Translations under genes and position numbers: made by a program | Source of the DNA: Laetmonice hystrix | Taxonomy: Eukaryota | Length of the DNA: 64,000 nucleotides | Direction: 5' to 3' | NCBI GenBank assembly: GCA_965235115.1 | Contig: OZ249436.1 | Coordinates: 682,001-746,000 of the forward strand | Part shown: one piece after another, positions 50,143-62,814 of the stretch | Numbering within the stretch: position 1 is the stretch's first letter | Layout of the letters: each line of letters begins with the position of its first letter | Notes under the pieces: generated by a model | Seen by the model: the letters and a program-made list of their open reading frames with translations, nothing else | Databases searched by the model: none | Told to the model about the DNA's origin: nothing

Positions 50143-52898
50143 CTGTTGGGCAGTGATTGGAGGTGTGTGGTGGGCAGTGATTGGAGGTGTGTGGTGGGCA
50201 GTGATTGGAGGTGTGTGGTGTGTGGTGGGCAGTGATTGGAGACCTGTGTGTGGTGGGCAGTGATTGGAGGTGTGTGGTGGGCAGTGATTGGAGGTGTGTG
50301 GTGGGCAGTGATTGGAGGTGTGTGGTGTGTGGTGGGCAGTGATTGGAGACCTGTGTGTGGTGGGCAGTGATTGGAGGTGTGTGGTGGGCAGTGATTGGAG
50401 GTGTGTGGTGGGCAGTGATTGGAGGTGTGTGGTGGGCAGTGATTGGAGGTGTGTGGTGGGCAGTGATTGGAGGTGTGTGGTGGGCAGTGATTGGAGGTGT
50501 GTGGTGGGCAGTGATTGGAGGTGTGTGGTGGGCAGTGATTGGAGGTGTGTGGTGGGCAGTGATTGGAGGTGTGTGGTGGGCAGTGATTGGAGGTGTGTGG
50601 TGGGCAGTGATTGGAGGTGTGTGGTGGGCAGTGATTGGAGGTGTGTGGTGGGCAGTGATTGGAGGTGTGTGGTGGGCAGTGATTGGAGGTGTGTGGTGGG
50701 CAGTGATTGGAGGTGTGTGGTGGGCAGTGATTGGAGGTGTGTGGTGGGCAGTGATTGGAGGTGTGTGGTGGGCAGTGATTGGAGGTGTGTGGTGGGCAGT
50801 GATTGGAGGTGTGTGGTGGGCAGTGATTGGAGGTGTGTGGTGGGCAGTGATTGGAGGTGTGTGGTGGGCAGTGATTGGAGGTGTGTGGTGGGCAGTGATT
50901 GGAGGTGTGTGGTGGGCAGTGATTGGAGGTGTGTGGTGGGCAGTGATTGGAGGTGTGTGGTGGGCAGTGATTGGAGGTGTGTGGTGGGCAGTGATTGGAG
51001 GTGTGTGGTGGGCAGTGATTGGAGGTGTGTGGTGGGCAGTGATTGGAGGTGTGTGGTGGGCATTGATTGGAGGTGTGTGGTGGGCAGTGATTGGAGGTGT
51101 GTGGTGGGCAGTGATTGGAGGTGTGTGGTGGGCAGTGATTGGAGGTGTGTGGTGGGCAGTGATTGGAGGTGTGTGGTGGGCAGTGATTGGAGGTGTGTGG
51201 TGGGCAGTGATTGGAGGTGTGTGGTGGGCAGTGATTGGAGGTGTGTGGTGGGCAGTGATTGGAGGTGTGTGGTGGGCAGTGATTGGAGGTGTGTGGTGGG
51301 CAGTGATTGGAGGTGTGTGGTGGGCAGTGATTGGAGGTGTGTGGTGGGCAGTGATTGGAGGTGTGTGGTGGGCAGTGATTGGAGGTGTGTGGTGGGCAGT
51401 GATTGGAGGTGTGTGGTGGGCAGTGATTGGAGGTGTGTGGTGGGCAGTGATTGGAGGTGTGTGGTGGGCAGTGATTGGAGGTGTGTGGTGGGCAGTGATT
51501 GGAGGTGTGTGGTGGGCAGTGATTGGAGGTGTGTGGTGGGCAGTGATTGGAGGTGTGTGGTGGGCAGTGATTGGAGGTGTGTGGTGGGCAGTGATTGGAG
51601 GTGTGTGGTGGGCAGTGATTGGAGGTGTGTGGTGGGCAGTGATTGGAGGTGTGTGGTGGGCAGTGATTGGAGGTGTGTGGTGGGCAGTGATTGGAGGTGT
51701 GTGGTGGGCAGTGATTGGAGGTGTGTGGTGGGCAGTGATTGGAGGTGTGTGGTGGGCAGTGATTGGAGGTGTGTGGTGGGCAGTGATTGGAGGTGTGTGG
51801 TGGGCAGTGATTGGAGGTGTGTGGTGGGCAGTGATTGGAGGTGTGTGGTGGGCAGTGATTGGAGGTGTGTGGTGGGCAGTGATTGGAGGTGTGTGGTGGG
51901 CAGTGATTGGAGGTGTCTGGTGGGCAGTGATTGGAGGTGTGTGGTGGGCAGTGATTGGAGGTGTGTGGTGGGCAGTGATTGGAGGTGTGTGGTGGGCAGT
52001 GATTGGAGGTGTGTGGTGGGCAGTGATTGGAGGTGTGTGGTGGGCAGTGATTGGAGGTGTGTGGTGGGCAGTGATTGGAGGTGTGTGGTGGGCAGTGATT
52101 GGAGGTGTGTGGTGGGCAGTGATTGGAGGTGTGTGGTGGGCAGTGATTGGAGGTGTGTGGTGGGCAGTGATTGGAGGTGTGTGGTGGGCAGTGATTGGAG
52201 GTGTGTGGTGGGCAGTGATTGGAGGTGTGGGGTGGGCAGTGATTGGAGGTGTGTGGTGGGCAGTGATTGGAGGTGTCTGTTGGGCAGTGATTGGAGGTGT
52301 GTGGTGGGCAGTGATTGGAGGTGTGTGGTGGGCAGTGATTGGAGGTGTGTGGTGGGCAGTGATTGGAGGTGTGTGGTGGGCAGTGATTGGAGGTGTGTGG
52401 TGGGCAGTGATTGGAGGTGTGTGGTGGGCAGTGATTGGAGGTGTGTGGTGGGCAGTGATTGGAGGTGTGTGGTGGGCAGTGATTGGAGGTGTGTGGTGGG
52501 CAGTGATTGGAGGTGTCTGGTGGGCAGTGATTGGAGGTGTGTGGTGGGCAGTGATTGGAGGTGTGTGGTGGGCAGTGATTGGAGGTGTGTGGTGGGCAGT
52601 GATTGGAGGTGTGTGGTGGGCAGTGATTGGAGGTGTGTGGTGGGCAGTGATTGGAGGTGTGTGGTGGGCAGTGATTGGAGGTGTGTGGTGGGCAGTGATT
52701 GGAGGTGTGTGGTGGGCAGTGATTGGAGGTGTGTGGTGGGCAGTGATTGGAGGTGTGTGGTGGGCAGTGATTGGAGGTGTGTGGTGGGCAGTGATTGGAG
52801 GTGTGGGGTGGGCAGTGATTGGAGGTGTGTGGTGGGCAGTGATTGGAGGTGTCTGTTGGGCAGTGATTGGAGGTGTGTGGTGGGCAGTGATTGGCAGT
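50143..52898. repeat. G-rich minisatellite, 24-bp unit x~115
   Basis: ggtgggcagtgattggaggtgtgt repeated. Confidence 0.98.
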
Positions 52899-54162
52899 GA
52901 GTGACCGCTTGGTATACTGACAGCACACACCTGCCCCCCCCCCCCCCCCCCCCCCCCACCTGCCCACTGAGTACAATCTGCCGCTGAGCAGCTCACCTGT
53001 AAAGTTTGGGTTACCGATTGGGTCACAGGCTGCCAGACCTTACAGCAATGATGTAATCCCTGGCTCAGCTGGACAAAGTTGGACTCCTGCACATCCCAGT
53101 TCTATATCTATATCTATGTCTTTTTTCTCTTCAACTGATCCTTTGGAAGTCGTGGTTGTGGGCGTGGACATGCTACACATGGTATAGACTTGGGTAGATT
53201 TAGAAACACTGAAAGTCGTTGCCAGGATTATGGCCAATAGATCACGTCTTGTGGTGTCGAGATTGTATGAACGGCCACTCTGACATGTCACAGCCTAGTG
53301 GGTAAACTATAGACCCCGTTAAAATATGTGCTTCTTTATTCCTTTAATCTTGGAACCATGACGTCTTGAAGAATGTGAAACTGCATCTGTTGAGGCCGAG
53401 GTTGAAAGAACCTTTTGAAGTTGTCAGTGATATGGGAAGTCGGTGCCCAAACGCTGTCTCATCAAGTACCTGAGTGTCACCTATAAATGACATTTAGATT
53501 TTGTACCGCAATCACTGCCACAACAATTTGCCAAATGTTACAGAAAATACATTAAACTAGGTTACAGAATGAGTAGGTCAAAATTTAAAAAAACGAAAAG
53601 AATGATTCATCAGTAAGTGTAAAGGATGGCTAATGAAATATTGACAGTGAGACGGATGACAGACGCAAGGTTGTTGGATTGAAGTCGCTTTAGTTGGCCA
53701 TAGCAGGTCATTATGGTGTCAATAATTGCAAACAAGCGTGAATCATTAATGAACTGAACAAAAATCATCCAGCAAAATGGTTTTGATCTTTTGGCGTGTT
53801 GGTATGTTTATTTAATGGTCGTAGTGTGAACCAGATATTTTTTTTGTTGATCTGATCATTGAAATGCTTTGCCCATAAGTTTTTACGTAAGATATTTGTT
53901 GAGAAACAGTTCAAAAGTTCATGGAAAACTTAACAAAACAACCAGAAAGTTCGCAGTTTCGTATGATCGTAAGGCACTTTGAAGTTTTCAATGTAGGCTG
54001 TGAATTACTGAGGGCTTGAGTTGAGACTCTCTAGGACTGCTGCTTTTACTTCCTACAGATTTTGGTGAGAGGGTCACTATCCGAGTGCTATGTCACATAG
54101 GAGGTCATCAGAAAGCAGGATATACTTTAAGGGTGGCTGCTTTCCAACTCCCAATATTTTGA

Positions 54163-55199
54163 ACTCGTAACTCTTGTCTCGATATTTGTGATGATTCCGT
54201 TGATAAAGAAGTCGTAACTCTTGTCTCAGTATTTGTGATGATTCCGTTGATAAAGAAGTCGTAACTCTTGTCTCAGTATTTGTGATGATTCCGTTGATAA
54301 AGAAGTCGTAACTCTTGTCTCAGTATTTGTGATGATTCCGTTGATAAAGAACTCGTAACTCTTGTCTTGGTATTTGTGATGATTCCGTTGATAAAGAAGT
54401 CGTAACTCTTGTCTCAGTATTTGTGATGATTCCGTTGATAAAGAAGTCGTAACTCTTGTCTCCGTATTTGTGATGATTCCGTTGATAAAGAAGTCGTAAC
54501 TCTTGTCTCCGTATTTGTGATGATTCCGTTGATAAAGAAGTCGTAGCTCTTGTCTCAGTATTTGTGATGATTCCGTTGATAAAGAAGTCGTAACTCTTGT
54601 CTCCGTATTTGTGATGATTCCGTTGATAAAGAAGTCGTAACTCTTGTCTCAGTATTTGTGATGATTCCGTTGATAAAGAAGTCGTAACTCTTGTCTCGGT
54701 ATTTGTGATGATTCCGTTGATAAAGAAGTCGTAGCTCTTGTCTCAGTATTTGTGATGATTCCGTTGATAAAGAAGTCGTAACTCTTGTCTCAGTATTTGT
54801 GATGATTCCGTTGATAAAGAAGTCGTAACTCTTGCCTCAGTATTTGTGATGATTCCGTTGATAAAGAAGTCGTAACTCTTGTCTCAGTATTTGTGATGAT
54901 TCCGTTGATAAAGAAGTCGTAACTCTTGTCTCAGTATTTGTGATGATTCCGTTGATAAAGAAGTCGTAACTCTTGTCTCAGTATTTGTGATGATTCCGTT
55001 GATAAAGAAGTCGTAACTCTTGTCTCAGTATTTGTGATGATTCCGTTGATAAAGAAGTCGTAACTCTTGTCTCAGTATTTGTGATGATTCCGTTGATAAA
55101 GAAGTCGTAACTCTTGTCTCAGTATTTGTGATGATTCCGTTGATAAAGAAGTCGTAACTCTTGTCTCAGTATTTGTGATGATTCCGTTGATAAAGAAGT
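54163..55199. repeat. Minisatellite, 47-bp unit x~22, ending ~55 bp before the 55256 acceptor
   Basis: gtcgtaactcttgtctcagtatttgtgatgattccgttgataaagaa repeated. Confidence 0.96.
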
Positions 55200-55255
55200 T
55201 GCAGAATGTTGACTGTGGTATGATTTCTGTGTATTGATTGATGTTTTACTTACAG

Positions 55256-55417
55256 GTCTGGGGGTGATGCTGGTCGTGGTAGTAGGGGTAGGGTGGAAGT
55301 GTACACCCCCTGGACACGAACCCTGTCATCTCTTGTTTAATCTGGGCGACCACTCTACACGGGACATCTGCCGGTCAGTCCACCGCCGTCACCGGGACCG
55401 GTCACACTGGTATGGAG
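55256..55417 (+). CDS. Second coding exon of the same membrane protein (completes TM2)
   Basis: ttacag acceptor, phase 1 matches; FLTLSLMFI-G-LGVMLVVVVGVGWKCTPPGHEPCHLLFNLG...WYG; G|GTACGT donor; downstream exon not identified. Confidence 0.8.
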
Positions 55418-55617
55418 GTACGTGCGTTTTCATTTCTCTGCTCCGTCACTGGAACCTGTCACACTCGTTCGTTTTTCATTTCTCTCCTCCGTCACCGGGA
55501 CCGGTCACACTCGTCCGTTTTCATTTCTCTCCTCCGTCACACCGGGACCGGTCACAGTCGTCCGTTTTCATTTCTCTGCTCCGTCACCGGGACCAGTCAC
55601 ACTAGTCCGTTTTCATT
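55382..55617. repeat. Degenerate ~44-bp repeat x~5 derived from the 3' end of the 55256-55417 exon
   Basis: ccgtcaccgggaccggtcacac + tcgtccgttttcatttctct. Confidence 0.85.
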
Positions 55618-55684
55618 TATATGTGTAAAGCAGTAGTTTTAACATTGAGGTAAGGAGTTGAGAGTTTTAACTATTACATGTTTA

Positions 55685-56081
55685 GGCCACTTAAAATTAA
55701 TTGAAATAAATGAATTTAAATAAATTAATAATTAAAATTAACAATTAATAATTGTTTTACATGGCCGGCCGCCTCAATTTTTTGGCGCCGCCTCGATTTT
55801 TTTTATATTTTATATTTTTCAAAAAGTCCGTTTTTTTCATCCCCAAAACCGTCTCCCACAGTTCTGTCAGGGTGTTACAGTTAAAGTGACCCTCAAGGTA
55901 TAGAAGGGCTGTACAAAATGTTGAGATATTGAGAAATTAAAAGTCTTTTTCCAGTATTGGTGATCTCTGCTGTCCTTCTTCTTGTCGAGGAAAAATATAA
56001 AATATAAAATATAAAATGCCCTACTCACCAACATTTCAGAAGTTGGAGTCATGTAAAACAATTTAATAATTTTAAGTGGCC
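55685..56081. mobile_element. PIF/Harbinger-like MITE, TTA TSD, inserted in a ~63-bp tandem repeat (55620-56186)
   Basis: tta|ggccacttaaaatta ... taattttaagtggcc|tta. Confidence 0.72.
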
Positions 56082-56553
56082 TTATGTAAAGCGGTAGCTT
56101 TAACATTGAGGTAAGGAGTTGAGAGTTTTAACTATTACATATATATGTAAAGCGGTAGCTTTAACATTGAGGTAAGGAGTTGAGAGGTGGAGAGTTGGTC
56201 GGGTATGAGTGACCTTGATTGAGGTCATTGTGAAGGTGAGCGGCCGGTTTCACAACTCGAGTTTACCTGTTCTCAGACCTGTGATCCGTTAATACTGGAC
56301 TCATTTTGTCCACGCTTCAGGCTCACTTTGTATCTGTCATATTTCGGTGGGTTTATGAATGGCAGGTGGGAAACTACATGTACAATAGTGGCATAACGTG
56401 GGCCAAGTCGATGCAGCTGAGTGAGCCAGTGGTAATGGGGGTAGATTACTTCCTACCAGTGTCATGAAGTACTTGGTAGGGGGTGGGGGTGAGGGAAGTC
56501 AGGCAGAACTCTACAGTAACGGTATCTATGACAGCTGCAGGGCCTGGTCCACT

Positions 56554-56679
56554 GGCCCGGCCGCCCGGCCCGCAGGGTCTGGCCCGGCCCGCCCACCTGA
56601 CCCGCCCGGCCCGCCCGGCCCGGCCCGCCCGGCCCACCTGACCCGCCCGGCCCGGCCCGGCCCGGCCCGGCCCGGCCCG
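56554..56679. repeat. GC-rich (CCCGG)n-like microsatellite
   Basis: ggcccggcccggcccgcccgg run. Confidence 0.85.
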
Positions 56680-57325
56680 TTTTGGGCATTTTCTCGTTAT
56701 GATTGGCCGTAAAATAAAAAATCACTAGTACAGGATTTGGATAAATAATGATGACATAAAAGATACCTTTGTTATGGTTTCTTATTTCCGTCGTGGTTTT
56801 CGTAAAGTCAATACCATGCCAAAGTATTTGATATTGTCATAAATGTTTCTCTGCTATTGTCTGGAAAAAAAACTTGAAGGGATAGGCCAAATAGAGTAGG
56901 CGCAGTCAGATTGCCGAGAAGACCTTTTGGCTCACCTGGTTTAAGGCGTTATAGTGAGGAGCGTGACTTAAGGTGTGTGTCTGACAAAAAACATACACAC
57001 AAACAAAAAAAAACGGTGCGGATCCAATGTAACTTCACTGTTCGCAGTTTTATACAGTCTGGTTATGTGGGAGTATGGCAGGAAGGGTTGATGACTCATG
57101 TCAAAAAGAAAATGGGTGTGGAAACGCGTTCAAGAAATGTAGACAAATATGTCTCTGTCCATTAGATTTTTTTTTTTTAATTTAAACTTGGCAGTGGTAG
57201 AAGTGTTAATGTAGCGGTAAGTAATGTTCTGTTATGATAGTGGTTGTGTCACTGGTCGTTGAAGGAATGTTTACATTAAAAAACCGCACTTTATGATGGC
57301 GTGTGATACAGGGTCATAACGTATA

Positions 57326-57860
57326 ACCTGGAACCTGCTGGAACCTGCTGGAACCTGCTGGAACCACACAGTTACCGCTTTCTACAACCAGATGGAACCA
57401 CACAGTTAACCACTTTCTACAACCAGATGGAACCACACAGTTACCGCTGGCTTTCTACAACCAGCTTGAACCACACAGTTAACCACTTTCTACAACCAGC
57501 TGGAACCACACAGTTACCGCTTTCTACAACCAGCTGGAACCACACAGTTACCGCTTTCTACAACCAGCTGGAACCACACAGTTACCGCTTTCTACAACCA
57601 GCTGGAACCACACAGTTACCGCTTTCTACAACCAGCTGGAACCACATAGTTACCGCTTTCTACAACCAGCTGGAACCACACAGTTACCGCTTTCTACAAC
57701 CAGCTGGAACCACACAGTTACCGCTTTCTACAACCAGCTGGAACCACACAGTTACCGCTTTCTACAACCAGCTGGAACCACACAGTTACCGCTTTCTACA
57801 ACCAGCTGGAACCACACAGTTACCGCTTTCTACAACCAGCTGGAACCACACAGTTACCGC
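57326..57860. repeat. Minisatellite, 34-bp unit x~14
   Basis: ctggaaccacacagttaccgctttctacaaccag repeated. Confidence 0.94.
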
Positions 57861-58854
57861 TGGCTTTCCACATATCCACAAACACCAACACATGGAAACC
57901 CTCGTTTAGATAAAGCCCTACTGTCATGTTGATCAGCGACATCACAGTGGTCACCCGTGTGGATGTTGTAGTTGTATACAGCCATTGTATTGATGAGACC
58001 TTAGAGGCCCTTGTCAGACCCCCCACCCCCCCACCCCCTTCCAGTCTTGGCGGTTTGTGCCGCCTCCAGGGGTCCCGTTACTCGGCGCTATATCACAAAA
58101 TCTACCTATTCTGTGGCTGGCGATGACTGGAGCACTGTAGAAGTCACCGTTTCAATGATGGGTTTGACTTGTCAATATATACCGGAGATATTTTATGGTA
58201 AATTAGCAACGAAAAACAGTCAAGTCTCCACAGTTTTAATCTGGCGTTGATTACGTACAACGTCCAACCCGTACCCGACCGTAATCTAGATACAACTACA
58301 TGTATACAGCCTGGCACACTGCTAACCTTAGGTTTTTTGTTTATCTATTATGAAGCGTAGCCTCCTAACCCCAGGGCCTTCTCGGTTACAGTGACTGTTG
58401 TTGGTGTAGAGAACAAGCCTACTGAACAGTCCTGTTAAATCCTCGGCCCCGCTGGTGTGTGTGAGTGTTAGCGGCGGACGGGGATGGCTGAACGTGATGG
58501 GGTAGTGTTTGGGTATGGGGTGGGGGTACGGGGGTGAGGGTGAGGGGGTGTAGAGGGTCTATACTGGGCCAGACGTTGTAGAAGTCCAGCTGTGACGATC
58601 GTGATCAGAAGTTAGGAAGGCGATCGTGTGAGAAGTTACCGCTGAAGTCATCCAAGTGTTCGATGGCCTGCTGACCCAGAACAGAGGCATGGAAAGTTAG
58701 CAGGCTGGTACGTGGCATGCACGGTCATGGTCCACTCAGCAGGTGCCACCAATTCTTTCAACTTCCCATCCCCCCTAACAAAAAAATGTGATTTATACCA
58801 GGCCGCACGGATAGTAGAGCGGCATACCTCATTCCCCAAATCATGTCCAGTCCC

Positions 58855-59289
58855 TGTGTGATATGGGAGAGAGATTGTCGAGAAGTTTGTGTGATATGGG
58901 AGAGAGATTGTCGAGAAGTTTGTGTGATATGGGAGAGAGATTGTCGAGAAGTCTGTGTGATATGGGAGAGAGATTGTCGAGAAGTTTGTGTGATATGGGA
59001 GAGAGATTGTCGAGAAGTTTGTGTGATATGGGAGAGAGATTGTCGAGAAGTTTGTGTGATATGGGAGAGAGATTGTCGAGAAGTCTGTGTGATATGGGAG
59101 AGAGATTGTCGAGAAGTTTGTGTGATATGGGAGAGAGATTGTCGAGAAGTTCGTGTGATATGGGAGAGAGATTGTCGAGAAGTTGGTGTGATATGGGAGA
59201 GAGATTGTCGAGAAGTTGGTGTGATATGGGAGAGAGATTGTCGAGAAGTTTGTGTGATATGGGAGAGAGATTGTCGAGAAGTCTGTGTG
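58855..59289. repeat. Minisatellite, 33-bp unit x13
   Basis: tgtgtgatatgggagagagattgtcgagaagtt repeated. Confidence 0.95.
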
Positions 59290-59567
59290 TCCCACTGCCA
59301 TTGTAACACAGGCCTCAAAGTGTGCTGCATTCTAACTTCTGATCGTCCTGTCACGTTTTACTCCAAGTATCTTCAGTCTGGATGAGGTTTCAGAAAATAT
59401 TGATCTAATTAAATATTTGACGAATACGTCAGAAAAAACATAAACTGGTTTGCTAACGGAAACGGAATTCTATTGACTTCATTGTCAAATGTTTATTACC
59501 CAGTGCCATTTGAGGCTTTTTAAAGACCTGAGATTTACGGCAAGAAGTGCTCTGATTCAGTATCTAG

Positions 59568-62223
59568 CCATGTGAAACCGTGGACAGGTCAGCTAGCTCC
59601 CCAAGTATTGTTCTACAGGCCCCGGGACCCGACACGGTGAACGACCCCGCCAGTCTGTAAACCGTGGACAGGTCAGCTAGCTCCCCAAGTATTGTTCTAC
59701 AGGCCCCTTGACCCGACACGGTGAACGACCCCGCCAGTCTGTACACAGGGTGAACCATGTAAAACCGTGGACAGGTCAGCTAGCTCCCCAAGTATTGTTC
59801 TACAGGCCTCTGGACCCGACACGGTGAACGACCCCGCCAGTCTGTACACAGGGTGAACCATGTGAAACCGTGGACAGGTCAGCTAGCTCCCCAAGTATTG
59901 TTCTACAGGTCCCTTGACCCGACACGGTGAACGACCCCGCCAGTCTGTACACAGGGTGAACCATGTAAAACCGTGGACAGGTCAGCTAGCTCCCCAAGTA
60001 TTGTTCTACAGGCCCCTTGACCCGACACGGTGAACGACCCCGCCAGTCTGTACACAGGATGAACCATGTAAAACCGTGGACAGGTCAGCTAGCTCCCCAA
60101 GTATTGTTCTACAGGCCCCTTGACCCGACACGGTGAACGACCCCGCCAGTCTGTACACAGGGTGAACCATGTAAAACCGTGGACAGGTCAGCTAGCTCCC
60201 CAAGTATTGTTCTACAGGCCCCTTGACCCGACACGGTGAACGACCCCGCCAGTTTGTACACAGGGTGAACCATGTAAAACCGTGGACAGGTCAGCTAGCT
60301 CCCCAAGTATTGTTCTACAGGCCACGTGACCCGACACGGTGAACGACCCCGCCAGTCTGTACACAGGATGAACCATGTAAAACCGTGGACAGGTCAGCTA
60401 GCTCCCCAAGTATTGTTCTACAGGTCCCTTGAACCGACACGGTGAACGACCCCGCCAGTCTGTACACAGGGTGAACCATGTAAAACCGTGGACAGGTCAG
60501 CTAGCTCCCCAAGTATTGTTCTACAGGTCCCTTGACCCAACACGGTGAACGACCCCGCCAGTCTGTACACAGGGTGAACCATGTAAAACCGTGGACAGGT
60601 CAGCTAGCTCCCCAAGTATTGTTCTACAGGCCCCGGGACCCGACACGGTGAACGACCACGCCAGTCTGTACACAGGGTGAACCATGTAAAACCGTGGACA
60701 GGTCAGCTAGCTCCCCAAGTATTGTTCTACAGGCCCCGGGACCCGACACGGTGAACGACCCCGCCAGTCTGTACACAGGGTGAACCATGTAAAACCGTGG
60801 ACAGGTCAGCTAGCTCCCCAAGTATTGTTCTACAGGTCACGTGACCCGACACGGTGAACGACCCCGCCAGTCTGTACACAGGGTGAACCATGTAAAACCG
60901 TGGACAGGTCAGCTAGCTCCCCAAGTATTGTTCTACAGGTCCCTTGACCCGACACGGTGAACGACCCCGCCAGTCTGTACACAGGGTGAACCATGTAAAA
61001 CCGTGGACAGGTCAGCTAGCTCCCCAAGTATTGTTCTACAGGTCACCTGACCCGACACGGTGAACGACCCCGCCAGTCTGTACACGGGGTAAACCATTTA
61101 AAACCGTGGACAGGTCAGCTAGCTCCCCAAGTATTGTTCTACAGGTCACGTGACCCGACACGGTGAACGACCCCGCCAGTCTGTACACAGGGTGAACCAT
61201 GTAAAACCGTGGACAGGTCAGCTAGCTCCCCAAGTATTGTTCTACAGGCCCCTTGTCCCGACACGGTGAACGACCCCGCCAGTCTGTACACAGGGTGAAC
61301 CATGTAAAACCGTGGACAGGTCAGCTAGCTCCCCAAGTATTGTTCTACAGGCCCCTTGACCCGACACGGTGAACGACCCTGCCAGTCTGTACACAGGGTG
61401 AACCATGTAAAACCGTGGACAGGTCAGCTAGCTCCCCAAGTATTGTTCTACAGGTCCCTGGACCCGACACGGTGAACGACCCCGCCAGTCTGTACACAGG
61501 GTGAACCATGTAAAACCGTGGACAGGTCAGCTAGCTCCCCAAGTATTGTTCTACAGGTCCCTTGACCCGACACGGTGAACGACCCCGCCAGTCTGTACAC
61601 AGGGTGAACCATGTAAAACCGTGGACAGGTCAGCTAGCTCCCCAAGTATTGTTCTACAGGTCCCTGGACCCGACACGGTGAACGACCCCGCCAGTCTGTA
61701 CACAGGGTGAACCATGTAAAACCGTGGACAGGTCAGCTAGCTCCCCAAGTATTGTTCTACAGGCCCCTAGACCCGACACGGTGAACGACCCCGCCAGTCT
61801 GTACACAGGGTGAACCATGTAAAACCGTGGACAGGTCAGCTAGCTCCCCAAGTATTGTTCTACAGGTCCCTGGACCCGACACGGTGAACGACCCCGCCAG
61901 TCTGCACACAGGGTGAACCATGTAAAACCGTGGACAGGTCAGCTAGCTCCCCAAGTATTGTTCTACAGGTCCCTTGACCCGACACGGTGAACGACCCCGC
62001 CAGTCTGTACACAGGGTGAACCATGTAAAACCGTGGACAGGTCAGCTAGCTCCCCAAGTATTGTTCTACAGGTCCCTTGACCCGACACGGTGAACGACCC
62101 CGCCAGTCTGTACACAGGGTGAACCATGTAAAACCGTGGACAGGTCAGCTAGCTCCCCAAGTATTGTTCTACAGGCCCCGGGACCCGACACGGTGAACGA
62201 CCCCGCCAGTTTGTACACAGGGT
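59568..62223. repeat. Tandem repeat, 103-bp unit x~26
   Basis: ccatgtaaaaccgtggacaggtcagctagctccccaagtattgttctacagg...ccgccagtctgtacacagggtgaa repeated. Confidence 0.97.
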
Positions 62224-62814
62224 TCAATCAGAAGGAATCGTGAACGTATGAACAATCTTTGTTAGTGTTAGCCACGTCAGCTGGAGGTAATCCCACATGT
62301 GTGTCTGTAGCTGAGATGGCAAAGGTAGAATCTGGTCGTCACATGTGTGTCTGCGTACGGAGGTGTTGTACTCATTACGTAATGAACGGGACGAATGGCC
62401 CTGCTTTATTTAACTACAATGTTGGAGAGTTCAAAAGTACCAGTTGTATGGGAAGTATCCCCCCTTCTCCCCTATTGAAAATTCTGGACCATGACCCCGC
62501 GACGGGAAAATGCCCAGGGCCCTCATCTCAATCCCCCCCCCCCATTACCAGGTGAGTGGGTACAGGTGATCACTGATGTGCTGTCAGGAATCCTCCCTCA
62601 GGTCATGGCTGACTCTGTCGTCTCACAAAGACTTTAACGGTCACTTGGTCAGCATAGACACAAAGACTGACGTCAGTCGGTCAGTCGGCCACAAACGTCA
62701 TTCTTGGGTCACTTATCCAAGCCGACAACTAAAAACGTTTGGAAAACATTCAGATGAGAAACGATATAATGTATGACTAAAACGTTTTGATCACGTTTCT
62801 GTGAGCCGGGATTA

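Noticed and set aside
50098..53092. Five 850-990-aa ORFs on both strands
   Set aside because: Translations of a stop-free 24-bp minisatellite inside an intron; open in many frames, with no unique coding flanks
59568..62223. 103-bp units containing ttctacag|g and cag|gtcag motifs as a tandem exon array
   Set aside because: Unit length is not a multiple of 3, no sustained ORF, no link to a known exon
62259..62560. ORF ending near CCAG|GTGAGT as a possible third exon of the membrane gene
   Set aside because: No convincing acceptor, phase match or recognisable coding signal
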